Program-made: the position numbers and the translations under genes
From: an uncultured delta proteobacterium
GTDB taxonomy: Bacteria > Myxococcota > Myxococcia > Myxococcales > Myxococcaceae
Reading direction: 5' to 3'
DNA length: 64,000 nucleotides
NCBI GenBank assembly: GCA_963713045.1
Contig: CAVQKE010000003.1
Location: forward strand, 896,001 to 960,000
Part shown: positions 1-9,682 of the stretch, one piece after another
Layout: each line of letters begins with the position of its first letter
Position numbering within the stretch: the first letter of the stretch is position 1
Notes under the pieces: model-generated
Seen by the model: the letters and a program-made list of their open reading frames with translations, nothing else
The model's database searches: none
What the model was told of the DNA's origin: nothing

Positions 1-456
1 CGGTGTCCAGACCATGTTCTGAAGTCCGCGCATGAATTCCGAGACGTCGTCCACCGAGGCAGCTTTGCCGTCCACCACCACCGCGTTCTGTTTTTCTTCG
101 AATTTGGTGAGCCACACCTTCTTCGGGGTGGCCGTCGACAGCGCATCGAGCATCCGGACTGGACCCGTCCGTTGCTTCCGCAAGTCGTTGAGAATCACCA
201 GCTTCGCCTGGACGTCCTTCTTCCGGGCGTTGATGTTGTTCACCTCGCCGATGACCTTTTCCAATTCGGCGATCCGGGCCTGGGTCGCGGCGATGCGCTG
301 AGCGTTGCGCCGCTCCTCACCGGCTCGAGCGTCGTACCAAATCCAGTTCGCGACCAGGCCGACGCCGAGAAGCCCAGCGATGACCACCAAGGCCTGGCGC
401 CCGACCTCGCGCTTTTTCACCTGCCGGACGGGCAGGAGGTTGATGTGAATCATCAT
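1..456 (-). CDS. pilN: Type IV pilus alignment protein PilN (3' end runs off window)
   Basis: Not in the ORF track; manual translation gives MMIHINLLPVRQVKK... with the INLLP PilM-binding motif, one TM segment and a coiled coil. The start overlaps the pilM stop (ATGA). Confidence 0.93.
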   Translation of the reverse strand, partial: MMIHINLLPVRQVKKREVGRQALVVIAGLLGVGLVANWIWYDARAGEERRNAQRIAATQARIAELEKVIGEVNNINARKKDVQAKLVILNDLRKQRTGPVRMLDALSTATPKKVWLTKFEEKQNAVVVDGKAASVDDVSEFMRGLQNMVWTP

Positions 457-1535
457 TCGAGCTTGTCCCCGGGGCGGCGCAGCGCGAGGCCCACCGCCAC
501 CGCAGCCATCGGCGCCACGTCCATCACGAAAGCAGGGTCAAACTTCCGGTTGTCGATCTCGATGTTCTTGAAGGGATTGAGAATTTCGACCGGCACACCG
601 GTGCGGGCTTCGATGGTCTTGAAGAGCGCCGGAATTTTCGCCGTCCCCCCAGAGAGGTACACCTTGGAGAAGGACGCATCGGCCGCGGTGCCGGCGTAGA
701 AGTCGAGCGAGCGCTGGATTTCGCCAGCCACCTGCTCGGCGACCGCGGCCATCACCCGCTCCACCTCCTGGGGAACCACTGCATCGGAATCGCCCCGTCC
801 TCCGCCGATTTTCAGCGCTTCGGCTTCCTCGTAAGACACGTTCAGCTGCTTCTGAATCTCTTCGGTGAATTGGTTGCCGCCAATGGTGACGTCGCGGGTG
901 AAGACAGTCGCCCCGCGGCTGATGATGTTGATGTTCACCACCGAAGCCCCGGCATTGATGAGGACCACGGTTTCCGAAGCGGGCAAGTCGTAATTCACAC
1001 TGAACATGTTCTGGACAGCGAAGGCATCGACGTCGACCACGACCGGCAGCAGACCCGCCTCAGTGACGACGGTGGTGTAGTCGTTAATCATGTCCTTTTT
1101 GGCTGCGACCAACAGGACATCCATCTGGCCGGTGGCATCGGTGCCTTCCGGTGTAAGGATTTGGGTGTCGATGTGAACGTCCTTCACATCAAACGGAATG
1201 TACTGCTCGGCTTCCCACTGGATGGACTCCTCCAGTTCGTCCTGGCTCATGCGGGGCATGGCAATCTTCTTGATGATGACCGAGTGTCCGCTGACGCCAA
1301 TGGCAACGTCTTTTTGCTTGATGCGGAGCTCGCCGAGCAATTCCTGAACCGCTTGGACGATGGCCGTCGAATTCATCAACGTGTTGTCGACGATGGACTC
1401 CGGCGGGAGGGGTTTCATTCCGAAGTTCTGCAGAGAATAGACAACCAAACCCCGGCGCCGGGTCTCTTTGAGCTGAATCATTTTGACCGAGGTCGACCCG
1501 ATGTCGAGCCCGAGCGCCAGTTTGCCCCGCGCCAT
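453..1535 (-). CDS. pilM: Type IV pilus assembly protein PilM (actin-like)
   Basis: GLDIGSTSVK, EAEQYIPF, LLVAAKK and LSGGTAKI motifs; GAGGAG RBS; directly upstream of pilN. Confidence 0.96.
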   Translation of the reverse strand: MARGKLALGLDIGSTSVKMIQLKETRRRGLVVYSLQNFGMKPLPPESIVDNTLMNSTAIVQAVQELLGELRIKQKDVAIGVSGHSVIIKKIAMPRMSQDELEESIQWEAEQYIPFDVKDVHIDTQILTPEGTDATGQMDVLLVAAKKDMINDYTTVVTEAGLLPVVVDVDAFAVQNMFSVNYDLPASETVVLINAGASVVNINIISRGATVFTRDVTIGGNQFTEEIQKQLNVSYEEAEALKIGGGRGDSDAVVPQEVERVMAAVAEQVAGEIQRSLDFYAGTAADASFSKVYLSGGTAKIPALFKTIEARTGVPVEILNPFKNIEIDNRKFDPAFVMDVAPMAAVAVGLALRRPGDKLE

Positions 1536-1559
1536 GTCTTCTCCTCGCCGTACAGCGCG

Positions 1560-1784
1560 CTAGCGCCGCTCGGCGTCGTCCTCGAAAAACACCCGCCTGC
1601 GTTCAGCCACGTTCATCCCCAGTGCCAAAATGATTTTCCGCTTGGTATCCACGCGGCAGGCGCTGCCGCGTTCCACGCGGTCGATGGTGAGCACCGAGAC
1701 GCCGGCGCGCCGAGCCAACTCGGCTTTGGAGAGCAACTGCTCCTCCCGCAGGCGCTGCACGGCGTTCTTGAGTCGTTGGCCCAT
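1560..1784 (-). CDS. Small XRE-family helix-turn-helix protein
   Basis: 74 aa with LREEQLLSKAELARRAGVSVLTIDRVERG XRE HTH pattern; 24 bp upstream of pilM. Confidence 0.85.
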   Translation of the reverse strand: MGQRLKNAVQRLREEQLLSKAELARRAGVSVLTIDRVERGSACRVDTKRKIILALGMNVAERRRVFFEDDAERR

Positions 1785-1895
1785 GCCCTTCCATTCGAGA
1801 CCGGCTCGCCCCAGACGCCTTCTCGGCAGTGCGGCGAGTATCCCCGCGCCTCTGCCACTCCGTCAAATCCACGGTTGATCTCACTGCGTCGACAA

Positions 1896-1916
1896 TGACA
1901 TGTCTTTGATATGTCA
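1896..1916. promoter_or_regulatory. AT-rich palindrome, candidate operator upstream of XRE-pilMN
   Basis: TGACATGTC-TTT-GATATGTCA (8/9 inverted match); a minus-strand TTGACA overlaps its right arm. Confidence 0.5.
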
Positions 1917-1971
1917 AAGCGCCACCGGAAGTGTGTGGGTCCAGCTCGCCCACCCACCACTGGTGCCCCAC

Positions 1972-3408
1972 TCAGCCACGCTCGGCCTCCGAGTCCGGAT
2001 CGACCCCGTACTCCTTCACTTTGTAGAGGAGTGCGCGGTGGCTGATTTTGAGGAGTTCGGCGGCGCGGGTGCGGTTGCCGCGTGTCTGCCGGAGGGCTGC
2101 ACGGATGAAGGCCTCCTCCAATTCACGCGTCGCTCGCTTCAGCGATAGGTCGCGGAACAATCCCGGGGCCAGCGCCTCCGCGTCCTCACCGCCGGTCGGT
2201 CCAGCCAGCCCCGCGCCGGGCTTCGGACCCCACAGCTTCTCGGGAAGGCTCTCCGGGAAAACGACGGGCCCTTCGGACAGGAGCACCGCCCGCTCAATGG
2301 CGTTTTCCAGCTCCCGGACGTTGCCCGGCCAGTCGTAGGCAGTGAGCAGCACTTCGGCGTCTGGACTGAAGCCGGTGACCGGCGCATCTCGGTTGAGCTC
2401 TCGGTTGAAGCGCTCGACAAAGGCCCGGGCCAACAGCAGGACGTCGTCGCGGCGCTCCCGCAAGGGCGGCACTGGCAAGTTGACGACGTGCAGCCGGTAA
2501 AAGAGGTCCTCTCGGAATTCGCTCCGCTCCACCAACTTGGCGAGGTCGCGGTGTGTGGCGGCGAGAACGCGGACATCCACTTTTTCGGCACGGTTCTCAC
2601 CCACCGGCCGAATCTCGCCCTCCTGCAAAAAGCGGAGGAGCTTGGTTTGCGCGGCCGCGGGCAGCTCGCCCACCTCGTCCAAAAGCAACGTTCCGCCGTC
2701 CGCCTCGGTGAACAGACCGCGCTTCGACGTTCGGGCGTCGGTGAAAGCACCTCGCGCGTGTCCGAAGAGCTCGGATTCGATGAGGCCAGCTGGGATGGCT
2801 CCGCAGTTGACAGCGACAAAGGGCATGGCCGAGCGGGGACTGAGCTCGTGAATGGCCCGCGCTACCAGTTCCTTTCCGGTGCCGCTCTCACCGGTGATGA
2901 GAACGGTGGTCGAAACTGGTGCGACTTTGCCAATCTGGCGCTGAAGAAGTTTTACCGCTTCGGAGCCACCCAGGATTCGCTCCAGCGCGCGTTCCCCTGC
3001 ACCCCCTCCACGGAGGCGCTGGTTTTCCGCCAGGAGGCGTCGCCGTTCCTCCGCTTTGCGGAGAACGAGCACCATTTCCTCGGGCTTGAACGGCTTGGCG
3101 ACATAGTCATAGGCGCCCTGGGTGACGGCCTCGAGAGCTGCATCCGGGGCGCCGTAGGCGCTCATCACCACGAAGGTGATTTCTGGATGCGCTGCGAGCG
3201 TGCGTTTGAGGAGCGAGAGCCCGTCGACGCCCGGCATTCGAATGTCCGAGATGACAGCGTCGTAGGGACGAGCGCCGAGCTCGGCCAGCGCCTCCTCGCC
3301 GTTCGACACCGCCCGCACGTCGAATCCCCGCTGCGTGAGCACCAGCGTCAGGACGTGGCGAATCGATGCCTCGTCATCGGCAACGAGGATGGTGCGTATG
3401 GCGGGCAT
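1972..3408 (-). CDS. pilR2: NtrC-family sigma54 response regulator PilR2
   Basis: REC domain, GESGTGKE, GAFTDA and Fis HTH; lies after pilD-pilS2 as in M. xanthus. Confidence 0.85.
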   Translation of the reverse strand: MPAIRTILVADDEASIRHVLTLVLTQRGFDVRAVSNGEEALAELGARPYDAVISDIRMPGVDGLSLLKRTLAAHPEITFVVMSAYGAPDAALEAVTQGAYDYVAKPFKPEEMVLVLRKAEERRRLLAENQRLRGGGAGERALERILGGSEAVKLLQRQIGKVAPVSTTVLITGESGTGKELVARAIHELSPRSAMPFVAVNCGAIPAGLIESELFGHARGAFTDARTSKRGLFTEADGGTLLLDEVGELPAAAQTKLLRFLQEGEIRPVGENRAEKVDVRVLAATHRDLAKLVERSEFREDLFYRLHVVNLPVPPLRERRDDVLLLARAFVERFNRELNRDAPVTGFSPDAEVLLTAYDWPGNVRELENAIERAVLLSEGPVVFPESLPEKLWGPKPGAGLAGPTGGEDAEALAPGLFRDLSLKRATRELEEAFIRAALRQTRGNRTRAAELLKISHRALLYKVKEYGVDPDSEAERG

Positions 3409-3533
3409 CCCTTGGGGTCTCCCATTCTCCCTCAGAACGCCGGTTGGGGAAGACGCCCCGCCGCTCGGCGGCGAAACAATAGAGGGACGGTAAATTTCCA
3501 GCGCTTGACGGCCTGCGGCAAGGCCAGTCGACG

Positions 3534-4661
3534 TCAGGCCCGAGGCAACCGGACGCTGAAGCAGCTTCCACCGCCAGGGGCGTCCCCGGCGTCCAGGGTC
3601 CCACCCATGGCCCGGACGAGACTCAGGCTGATGGCTAAGCCCAGCCCAGTTCCCTTCCCGCCTGGCTTGGTGGTGAAGAAGGGCTCGAAGAGACGAGGTC
3701 GGACTTCCTTCGGGATTCCCGGGCCGCTGTCGAGAATGTCGATCCGGACTTGCGCCTCCTGCTCGGCGTCGGCCGCCAGGCGCACCAAACCGCGCGAGGG
3801 CACTGCTTGGGCGGCGTTGAGCAGCAGGTTGATGAGCACCTGACTGAGCGGACCGGCATCCGCCAGCACGGCCAAGCCGGGGACGACGTGGACGCTCAGC
3901 CGCACTCCCTGGAAATCTGGACCGGCGGCCAACAAGCGCACGGCGGTCTCGACCAGGGGTGCCACTTCTAGCCGCGTCAGCGTTGGCCGAGCGGGGCGAC
4001 CCAAATCCAAGAGCCCGCGGACAATTCCGTTGATGCGATGCACTTCAGTTTCGATGCGGTCTGCATAGTCGCGCGTCTCAGCCGAGACTCCCGGTTGGCC
4101 GCGCAGCAAGCTGAGGTATCCAAGGATGCCGGAGAGCGGGTTGCCCACCTCGTGGGCGACCCCAGCCGCGAGCCGCCCAACCGTTGCTAGCCGCTCGGCA
4201 GACACCAGTTCCTCCTGAGCGCGGGTAATGTGTTGGTTGGCCCGTCGGAGGTCCTCCAGTTGTTGGTGCGTGACCGAACGCTCCGCCTGCAGGGCCGACG
4301 CTGTCCGCCGAAGCGACGTCTCGACGCGAGAAAGGAGCGGGCCGCCCGAGCCGCGCGGGCCGAGCTCCAGTTCCAGCCGCTCGAGCTGCCCCAACTCGGC
4401 TTCGAGTCGCTGCACCGGACGGGCGATGGCGAGCCAGAGGATGGCGTAGGCAGCTAAGCCCACCAACAGAAGGTCGAGCAACAGCAGCCATGGAAGCGCC
4501 TCGCTCGCGCCCGCCCGCACCAAGGCCGGCGCGCTGCCTGGCGGTGTCGCCCGTCGCAGCGCCTCCAGCAGCCCAGCGAGCACTGGCTGAAAGGAGAGCC
4601 ACGTCAGCCCAGTGGCGAGCACCGCCACGAGAAAGACAATGGCGGCCAAGCGGAGCTTCAT
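3534..4661 (-). CDS. pilS2: Sensor histidine kinase PilS2
   Basis: Two TM segments, H-box AHEVGNPL, N/G1/F/G2 boxes; 4-nt overlap with pilD. Confidence 0.83.
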   Translation of the reverse strand: MKLRLAAIVFLVAVLATGLTWLSFQPVLAGLLEALRRATPPGSAPALVRAGASEALPWLLLLDLLLVGLAAYAILWLAIARPVQRLEAELGQLERLELELGPRGSGGPLLSRVETSLRRTASALQAERSVTHQQLEDLRRANQHITRAQEELVSAERLATVGRLAAGVAHEVGNPLSGILGYLSLLRGQPGVSAETRDYADRIETEVHRINGIVRGLLDLGRPARPTLTRLEVAPLVETAVRLLAAGPDFQGVRLSVHVVPGLAVLADAGPLSQVLINLLLNAAQAVPSRGLVRLAADAEQEAQVRIDILDSGPGIPKEVRPRLFEPFFTTKPGGKGTGLGLAISLSLVRAMGGTLDAGDAPGGGSCFSVRLPRA

Positions 4662-5593
4662 CCGGACAGACCTCCGGTGAGCAATCTTGCCAGCGACGCA
4701 GGAAGAAGCTGGTCCAACAACGGCCCGAGAAGCAGCAGCTCCAGTCCGCTGAGGGCGAGCCAGGGGCCGAAGGGAAGATGCGTCGGTCCCGGGGTAAAGT
4801 CGTCTTCCTCACCAGGGGGCCCCTCGGCCTCGGCCGCGCTCTCGGCGTTCCCTTCCGGCGGCCCGAGCTCCGCTGCCATCGTCCCGGCGGTAGCGGCCGG
4901 AGCCGGCGAAGGACCAGCCCGGCCCCGGACGAGCAGCAGAGCGCTTCCCACCAGAGCTCCCTGCACGTTGCTGAGCAGCACCAAACCGAATAATGGCCGC
5001 CAGCCAAGAAAGGCGCCGAGCAGCGCTGCCAGCCACTTATCCCCAGCGCCGAGGCCCTCCTTCCGAAGGACCCAGCGGGCCGCCACTTCGATTGCCCAGA
5101 AGAAGAGAAAGGCCGCCAGCGCACCGACCACTGAGTCCCGGAGGGCAACCCAGCCCAAACCGGAGGCGGAGCAAACCCCAACAGCGAGCCCGGAAAGCGT
5201 CAGCTCGAACGGGAGCAGCCAGTGCTCGAGGTCGATGAAGGCGAGCGGGATGAGAAAGCCCACCAGGAGCCAGCCGCGCACCAGGCTCCAGGAAGCGCCA
5301 AAGCGCAGCCAGCATGCGAGGAAGAGGCAGCCAGTGAGAGCCTCGACTGCCGGGTAGCGCGCCGAGATTGGCGCTCCGCAGGCGCGGCACCGGGCACCGA
5401 GACACAGCCAGGAAACGAGTGGAACGTTTTCAAACCAAGCCAGGGCATGCCCGCATCGCGGGCATCGCGAGCCCGGACGGACGATGGATTGGTGCGTCGG
5501 AAGCCGGGCGATGACGACGTTGAGGAAGCTCCCCACGACAAGCCCGAGCACGAAACAGAAGGCCGCTAGCCAGAGACTGGGAAGGTTAGCCAT
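4658..5593 (-). CDS. pilD: Prepilin peptidase/N-methyltransferase PilD
   Basis: GSFLNVVIARLP, two CxxC pairs, FIDL and GAGD aspartates, PFGPWL. Confidence 0.96.
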   Translation of the reverse strand: MANLPSLWLAAFCFVLGLVVGSFLNVVIARLPTHQSIVRPGSRCPRCGHALAWFENVPLVSWLCLGARCRACGAPISARYPAVEALTGCLFLACWLRFGASWSLVRGWLLVGFLIPLAFIDLEHWLLPFELTLSGLAVGVCSASGLGWVALRDSVVGALAAFLFFWAIEVAARWVLRKEGLGAGDKWLAALLGAFLGWRPLFGLVLLSNVQGALVGSALLLVRGRAGPSPAPAATAGTMAAELGPPEGNAESAAEAEGPPGEEDDFTPGPTHLPFGPWLALSGLELLLLGPLLDQLLPASLARLLTGGLSG

Positions 5594-6159
5594 TCGCGAA
5601 AAGAGGCACCGTGCCGCTCCGGCGGTCCGGTGTCCCGCCCCTTCTTAAATTGCGGGTGAGGCGCTCCGCAGACGCTCGACCGGGTCCAAGCTTCGAAGTC
5701 ACCCTGAGGGCCGGTAACGCCTTGAGAAGGACAAATTCATCAGCCAAGCGTTGCCCCCACCCCATCGAGACGAACCGGTCAGAGGGCCCATTCGGTGTTG
5801 CGTCTGTTCCTTCGCGATTGGCCACGTGTTGCGAGCCTACTCTGGCACGGCACCGCTCGTGTCCGGCTGGCGGGTCCAGCATCGCCTCAGCTGGAGGTCC
5901 GCGGCGCCGACCTTCGGGGCGAAGGCGCTCGCCCTGGTGCGACGGCATGAAGCAAGCACGCGCCAGCCGGCGCAGCCCACAGCGGGGAGTCTCTTTTGCA
6001 GGTCGGATTGGACGGACGGGCTGGCGGAACGAGGTGTGCGCCTGAAGTACCTTGGACCCCTGGGTCAGCGGCGCGTTTGGGCCCGCCAACTGACAAATTT
6101 GGGCGGTCCGACGCGGCCAGTGACGGTCTAACTAGGCGGAAGGATTGGAGGCCGAAACC

Positions 6160-6175
6160 TGGCACGGCCACTGCT
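6160..6175 (+). promoter_or_regulatory. Sigma54 (-24/-12) promoter of pilA
   Basis: TGGCACGGCCACTGCT has GG-N10-GC spacing and ends 69 bp before the pilA ATG; PilR-dependent sigma54 control of pilA is established in myxobacteria. Confidence 0.85.
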
Positions 6176-6244
6176 ACTCCCCCGAGAGTCGCGGGAGGTT
6201 GCCTTCCGCGGTCTTCCCACCGACAACCCAAACAGGAGCAGTTC

Positions 6245-6889
6245 ATGACCCGTCGTATCCTCAAGCGCGGCTTCACTCTCATCGAGCTGATGATTGTGGT
6301 CGCGATTATCGGCATCCTTGCAGCTATCGCCATCCCCAACTTCATCCGGTTCCAAGCCAAGTCCAAGCAGAGCGAGGCCAAGAACAACCTCAAGGCGGTT
6401 TTCACTGCCGAGCGGTCGCAGTTTCAGGAATTTGACCAGTACCTGACGACGGTCGGCGTTCTGGGCTTCAATCCTGAGCGTGGCAATCGTTACTACTATG
6501 AGCTCGGAGCTGGGGCCGCGGTCACCAGCCGCGCTGGCGTCACGCAGGTTTCGACCCCGGCCGACACAGGTATCTCGGTCGATACCTTCAAATTCAACAC
6601 CATGGTACCCACCCCCGCAGCCTCCGCGTTTGCTCCGGGTGCTTGGGCTGCAAACGAAGGCACTGCTCCCGCCGTCACGCCAGGCCTTGGCCCGGGCGCT
6701 GCCCTCTGCCCGAACTGCAACTTCCTCGCCTTCGCGACGGGTAACATCGACAATGACGCCAACATCGACCACTGGGTGATTGCCAGCATCGACTTCGGGC
6801 CGACCGCGCCTGCGTGCGGCGACCCGACGCAGAGCACCGGCCCGGCTGGTTCGCCGTGGAATAACTACGACGACGTGAACTGCCCGTAA
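6245..6889 (+). CDS. pilA: Major type IVa pilin PilA (large myxobacterial type)
   Basis: True start is the ATG at 6245 after an AGGAG RBS; MTRRILKRG|FTLIELMIVVAIIGILAAIAIPNF, GFNPERGNRY, CPNC and C-terminal Cys. Confidence 0.97.
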   Translation: MTRRILKRGFTLIELMIVVAIIGILAAIAIPNFIRFQAKSKQSEAKNNLKAVFTAERSQFQEFDQYLTTVGVLGFNPERGNRYYYELGAGAAVTSRAGVTQVSTPADTGISVDTFKFNTMVPTPAASAFAPGAWAANEGTAPAVTPGLGPGAALCPNCNFLAFATGNIDNDANIDHWVIASIDFGPTAPACGDPTQSTGPAGSPWNNYDDVNCP

Positions 6890-6916
6890 CCCGGATTTAG
6901 AACAGACGTTGCACCA

Positions 6917-6957
6917 GAAGGCGGTCGGAGTGTTTCTCCGGCCGCCTTTCGGTCTTT
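6917..6957 (+). terminator. Stem-loop after pilA (terminator or mRNA-stabilising hairpin)
   Basis: AAGGCGGTCGGAG-TGTTT-CTCCGGCCGCCTT, a 13-bp stem with one G-U pair, followed by TCGGTCTTT. Confidence 0.7.
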
Positions 6958-7077
6958 GAAGGGCGGGAGAAAGCCAGTCAAGCTGGCGAGGACCTCAGAC
7001 AGGAACGGCCGGAGACGTCGGAACTTTTTCTTGCGCCGCCGTTTCCTGCGGGCTCTGCTTCGGCATTCTAACGAACT

Positions 7078-7959
7078 ATGTCGCGTTTTCTCTCCCTGGG
7101 AATCTTGGTCGTTGCGCTGGTGGTGGTCTTGCGCACACTGACGCCGCCGGAAAAAACCTCGGCAGGTCAGCCGCACGAACCGCCGCTACTTCCGAGAGCC
7201 TCTTTGCTGCGGATCGCCGGCCGGGCGTTCCTGCCGTTGGTCGCCGACTACTACTGGCTGGCGGCCATCCAGGCCACGGGCAAGGCGAACACCGAAGCCG
7301 AATACCGGGATGTTGCCGACTACGCGCAGTTGATTACCGACCTCGATCCAGACTTTGCCTACGTCTACCAGTTTGCCGGTGTGGTGGTGCCCTTCAACCG
7401 CGGCCGGGAGACGTGGATGAATACTCGGGAGTCGACGGCCATTCTGGAGAAAGGCGTCGCTCGTTTCCCCAAGGCGCCCTTTCTCCGGACCCTCCTCGCG
7501 TACAATTTGAGCGTTTTTCACAAGGAATACGCGCGGGCAGCGCAAATGCTCCAGGAAGCCGCACTCCTTCCCGGTGCGCCCGGTTACCTTCCGCTGCTGG
7601 CGACGCGCCTCTACGCGCAAGCCGGTGCCTTCGAGGCAGCGAGCGCCTTCGCCAACCAGTTCGCGGCTTCTGCCGAGGACCCCGGCACGCGAGCAGCCTT
7701 TCAGCGCCGCACCAAAGAGATTGAGCTAGAGCGGATTCTCCAGACCCTCGACGGGAAAGTCGCTGCATTCCGTGAGCGCACCGGACGGCTTCCTGAGGGG
7801 CTGAAGGAGCTCGTCTCCTCAGGGGACTTGGCCGCCATCCCCGATGACCCGCTGGAGGGGGAAATCTACCTCGGCACCGATGGACGCACCTATTCGACTT
7901 CGCAATCGCATCGCCTCGAGGTTTACAAACCTCCGATTAAGGAAATTTCACCAAAATGA
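7078..7959 (+). CDS. pilG: PilG (myxobacterial pilus accessory, TPR-like)
   Basis: N-terminal TM, VADYYWL, ITDLDPDF and helical repeats; sits between pilA and an ABC ATPase. Confidence 0.8.
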   Translation: MSRFLSLGILVVALVVVLRTLTPPEKTSAGQPHEPPLLPRASLLRIAGRAFLPLVADYYWLAAIQATGKANTEAEYRDVADYAQLITDLDPDFAYVYQFAGVVVPFNRGRETWMNTRESTAILEKGVARFPKAPFLRTLLAYNLSVFHKEYARAAQMLQEAALLPGAPGYLPLLATRLYAQAGAFEAASAFANQFAASAEDPGTRAAFQRRTKEIELERILQTLDGKVAAFRERTGRLPEGLKELVSSGDLAAIPDDPLEGEIYLGTDGRTYSTSQSHRLEVYKPPIKEISPK

Positions 7960-8915
7960 TGGCGACACCCATCGAGCTGCACGCCCTTTCCAAAACATAC
8001 CGGTTGGGTTTTTTGATGAACCGGCAGGTCCGAGCATTGGACGGCCTGGACATGGTCATCCAGCCCGGTCAGGTCTACGGCTTGCTTGGCCCCAATGGCG
8101 CTGGGAAATCCACCACCATCAAGATTGTGATGAACCTCGTTCAGGCGACGTCGGGCACGACGCAACTCTTCGGCAAGCCACCGACCAACACCGAAGTTCG
8201 CCGGCTGGTGGGTTTTGTCCCCGAAAACCCGGCACCCTATGAATACCTGACCGGACGAGAATTCGTTCAGCTCGCCGCGGACCTGGGCGGTGTTCCAGTT
8301 AGCGAAGTCCACGGCCGAACGATGGAAGTGCTCGAGTCGCTGGGCATGGGCCGAGCGGCCGACCTGCAAATCCGCCGGTACTCCAAAGGGATGATTCAAC
8401 GCGTGGCACTGGCCCAAGCGGTCGTGCACCGGCCACAGCTGCTCATCCTCGACGAGCCAACGTCGGGCCTCGACCCGGTCGGGCGCCGATTGGTCCGAGA
8501 CTTTATTTTCGCCGAACGCAACCGGGGCACCACGGTGCTTTTCTGCACCCACATCATCCCGGATGTGGAGACGCTGTGTGACCGCGTGGCGGTGCTGGTC
8601 AACGGGCGCCGCGTTCGCGAAGGGAAAGTGGCGGAACTTCTCACCGCGTCGATTCCACAGGTCGAGGTCGTGGTGGAGGGGCTTTCCGACGAGCGATTGC
8701 GGGGCTTCGGACGAACGCTCGACGAAGTGCAGACGCTCGAGGCTCGATTGGTGGTGCGCTGCCGAGACAGCGAGGCCCAGCTGCTGGTGGGCCAGGTCCT
8801 CCAGGCAGGTGGCCGCATCCTTTCTCTGCAGCCCGTTCGTTTTACGCTGGAGGACCTCTTCCTCCAGGCGCTGAGCGAGGCCAAGCACGGAACCGTTGGA
8901 GGGGAGATTCTGTGA
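7956..8915 (+). CDS. pilH: ABC transporter ATP-binding protein PilH
   Basis: GPNGAGKST, YSKGM signature, LILDEPTSGLDP; synteny with pilG and pilI. Confidence 0.88.
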   Translation: MMATPIELHALSKTYRLGFLMNRQVRALDGLDMVIQPGQVYGLLGPNGAGKSTTIKIVMNLVQATSGTTQLFGKPPTNTEVRRLVGFVPENPAPYEYLTGREFVQLAADLGGVPVSEVHGRTMEVLESLGMGRAADLQIRRYSKGMIQRVALAQAVVHRPQLLILDEPTSGLDPVGRRLVRDFIFAERNRGTTVLFCTHIIPDVETLCDRVAVLVNGRRVREGKVAELLTASIPQVEVVVEGLSDERLRGFGRTLDEVQTLEARLVVRCRDSEAQLLVGQVLQAGGRILSLQPVRFTLEDLFLQALSEAKHGTVGGEIL

Positions 8916-9682
8916 TTCGTTCCTTCTCGGCCATCGCCTTCAACGGATTTCGGGAGGCTCGGCGCAATCGGGTGACGCTGGTGCTGGCGTTTTTCGCCGG
9001 GTTGCTCCTGCTGTCTTCGTCGCTCATCACCGACATCACCATCGCGACCTTTGATCGGGTGCTGATCGACATCGGTTTGGGAGGAATGAGCTTCATCCTC
9101 GTCCTGCTCGCCATTTTCCTTTCCACCGGCCTTCTCAGCCGGGAGATCGAACGCCGGACCATCTTCATGGTTGTGACCAAGCCGGTTTCGCGCGGGCTTT
9201 TCTTGGTCGCGCGGCTGGCGGGCAACATGCTGACGCTCACCGCCCTTCAGCTGCTGATGGGCGGCTTGCTCCTGTTGGAGTTTTGGTTCTTCAAGACCGC
9301 CATCACCTGGCCAATCATCCTCGGCATCGGGATGCTGTGGTTCGAGCTGCTGCTGCTCTCCTCAGTGGGCTTTCTGATGTCCAGCTTTGCTGGGCCGATG
9401 ACGGCCGCATTCGTGACCGTCAGCATGTTCTTCATTGGCCATCTCTCAGGGGACATCTACGGGCTCGCCAGACGGTCGAAGAACGTTGCCCTGCAAGGTC
9501 TTGGCAAGGTCGTCTACTACGTCCTTCCCAACCTCGAACGACTCAACCTCCGTCCGCAGGCGAGCTACGGAATCGTCACTCCAGCCAGCGTGTGGCTCGC
9601 CTCGGGCGTCTATGCACTGGCCTATTCAGCCATCTTGGTGTGGCTGGCCATCCTCCTCTTTCGACGACGCGATTTTCGCTAA
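8912..9682 (+). CDS. pilI: ABC-2 type permease PilI
   Basis: About 6 TM segments, REIERRTI..TKPVSR, C-terminal RRRDF. Confidence 0.85.
   Translation: MIRSFSAIAFNGFREARRNRVTLVLAFFAGLLLLSSSLITDITIATFDRVLIDIGLGGMSFILVLLAIFLSTGLLSREIERRTIFMVVTKPVSRGLFLVARLAGNMLTLTALQLLMGGLLLLEFWFFKTAITWPIILGIGMLWFELLLLSSVGFLMSSFAGPMTAAFVTVSMFFIGHLSGDIYGLARRSKNVALQGLGKVVYYVLPNLERLNLRPQASYGIVTPASVWLASGVYALAYSAILVWLAILLFRRRDFR

Noticed and set aside
5818..5857. Additional sigma54-like motifs TGGCCACGTGTTGC and TGGCACGGCACCGC
   Set aside because: Both have GG-N9-GC spacing, whereas sigma54 needs N10.
5586..6131. Several 126-167 aa ORFs between pilD and pilA
   Set aside because: No motifs, RBS or codon bias; better explained as regulatory DNA. 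The 83-codon N-terminal extension of pilA in the ORF track is also spurious.
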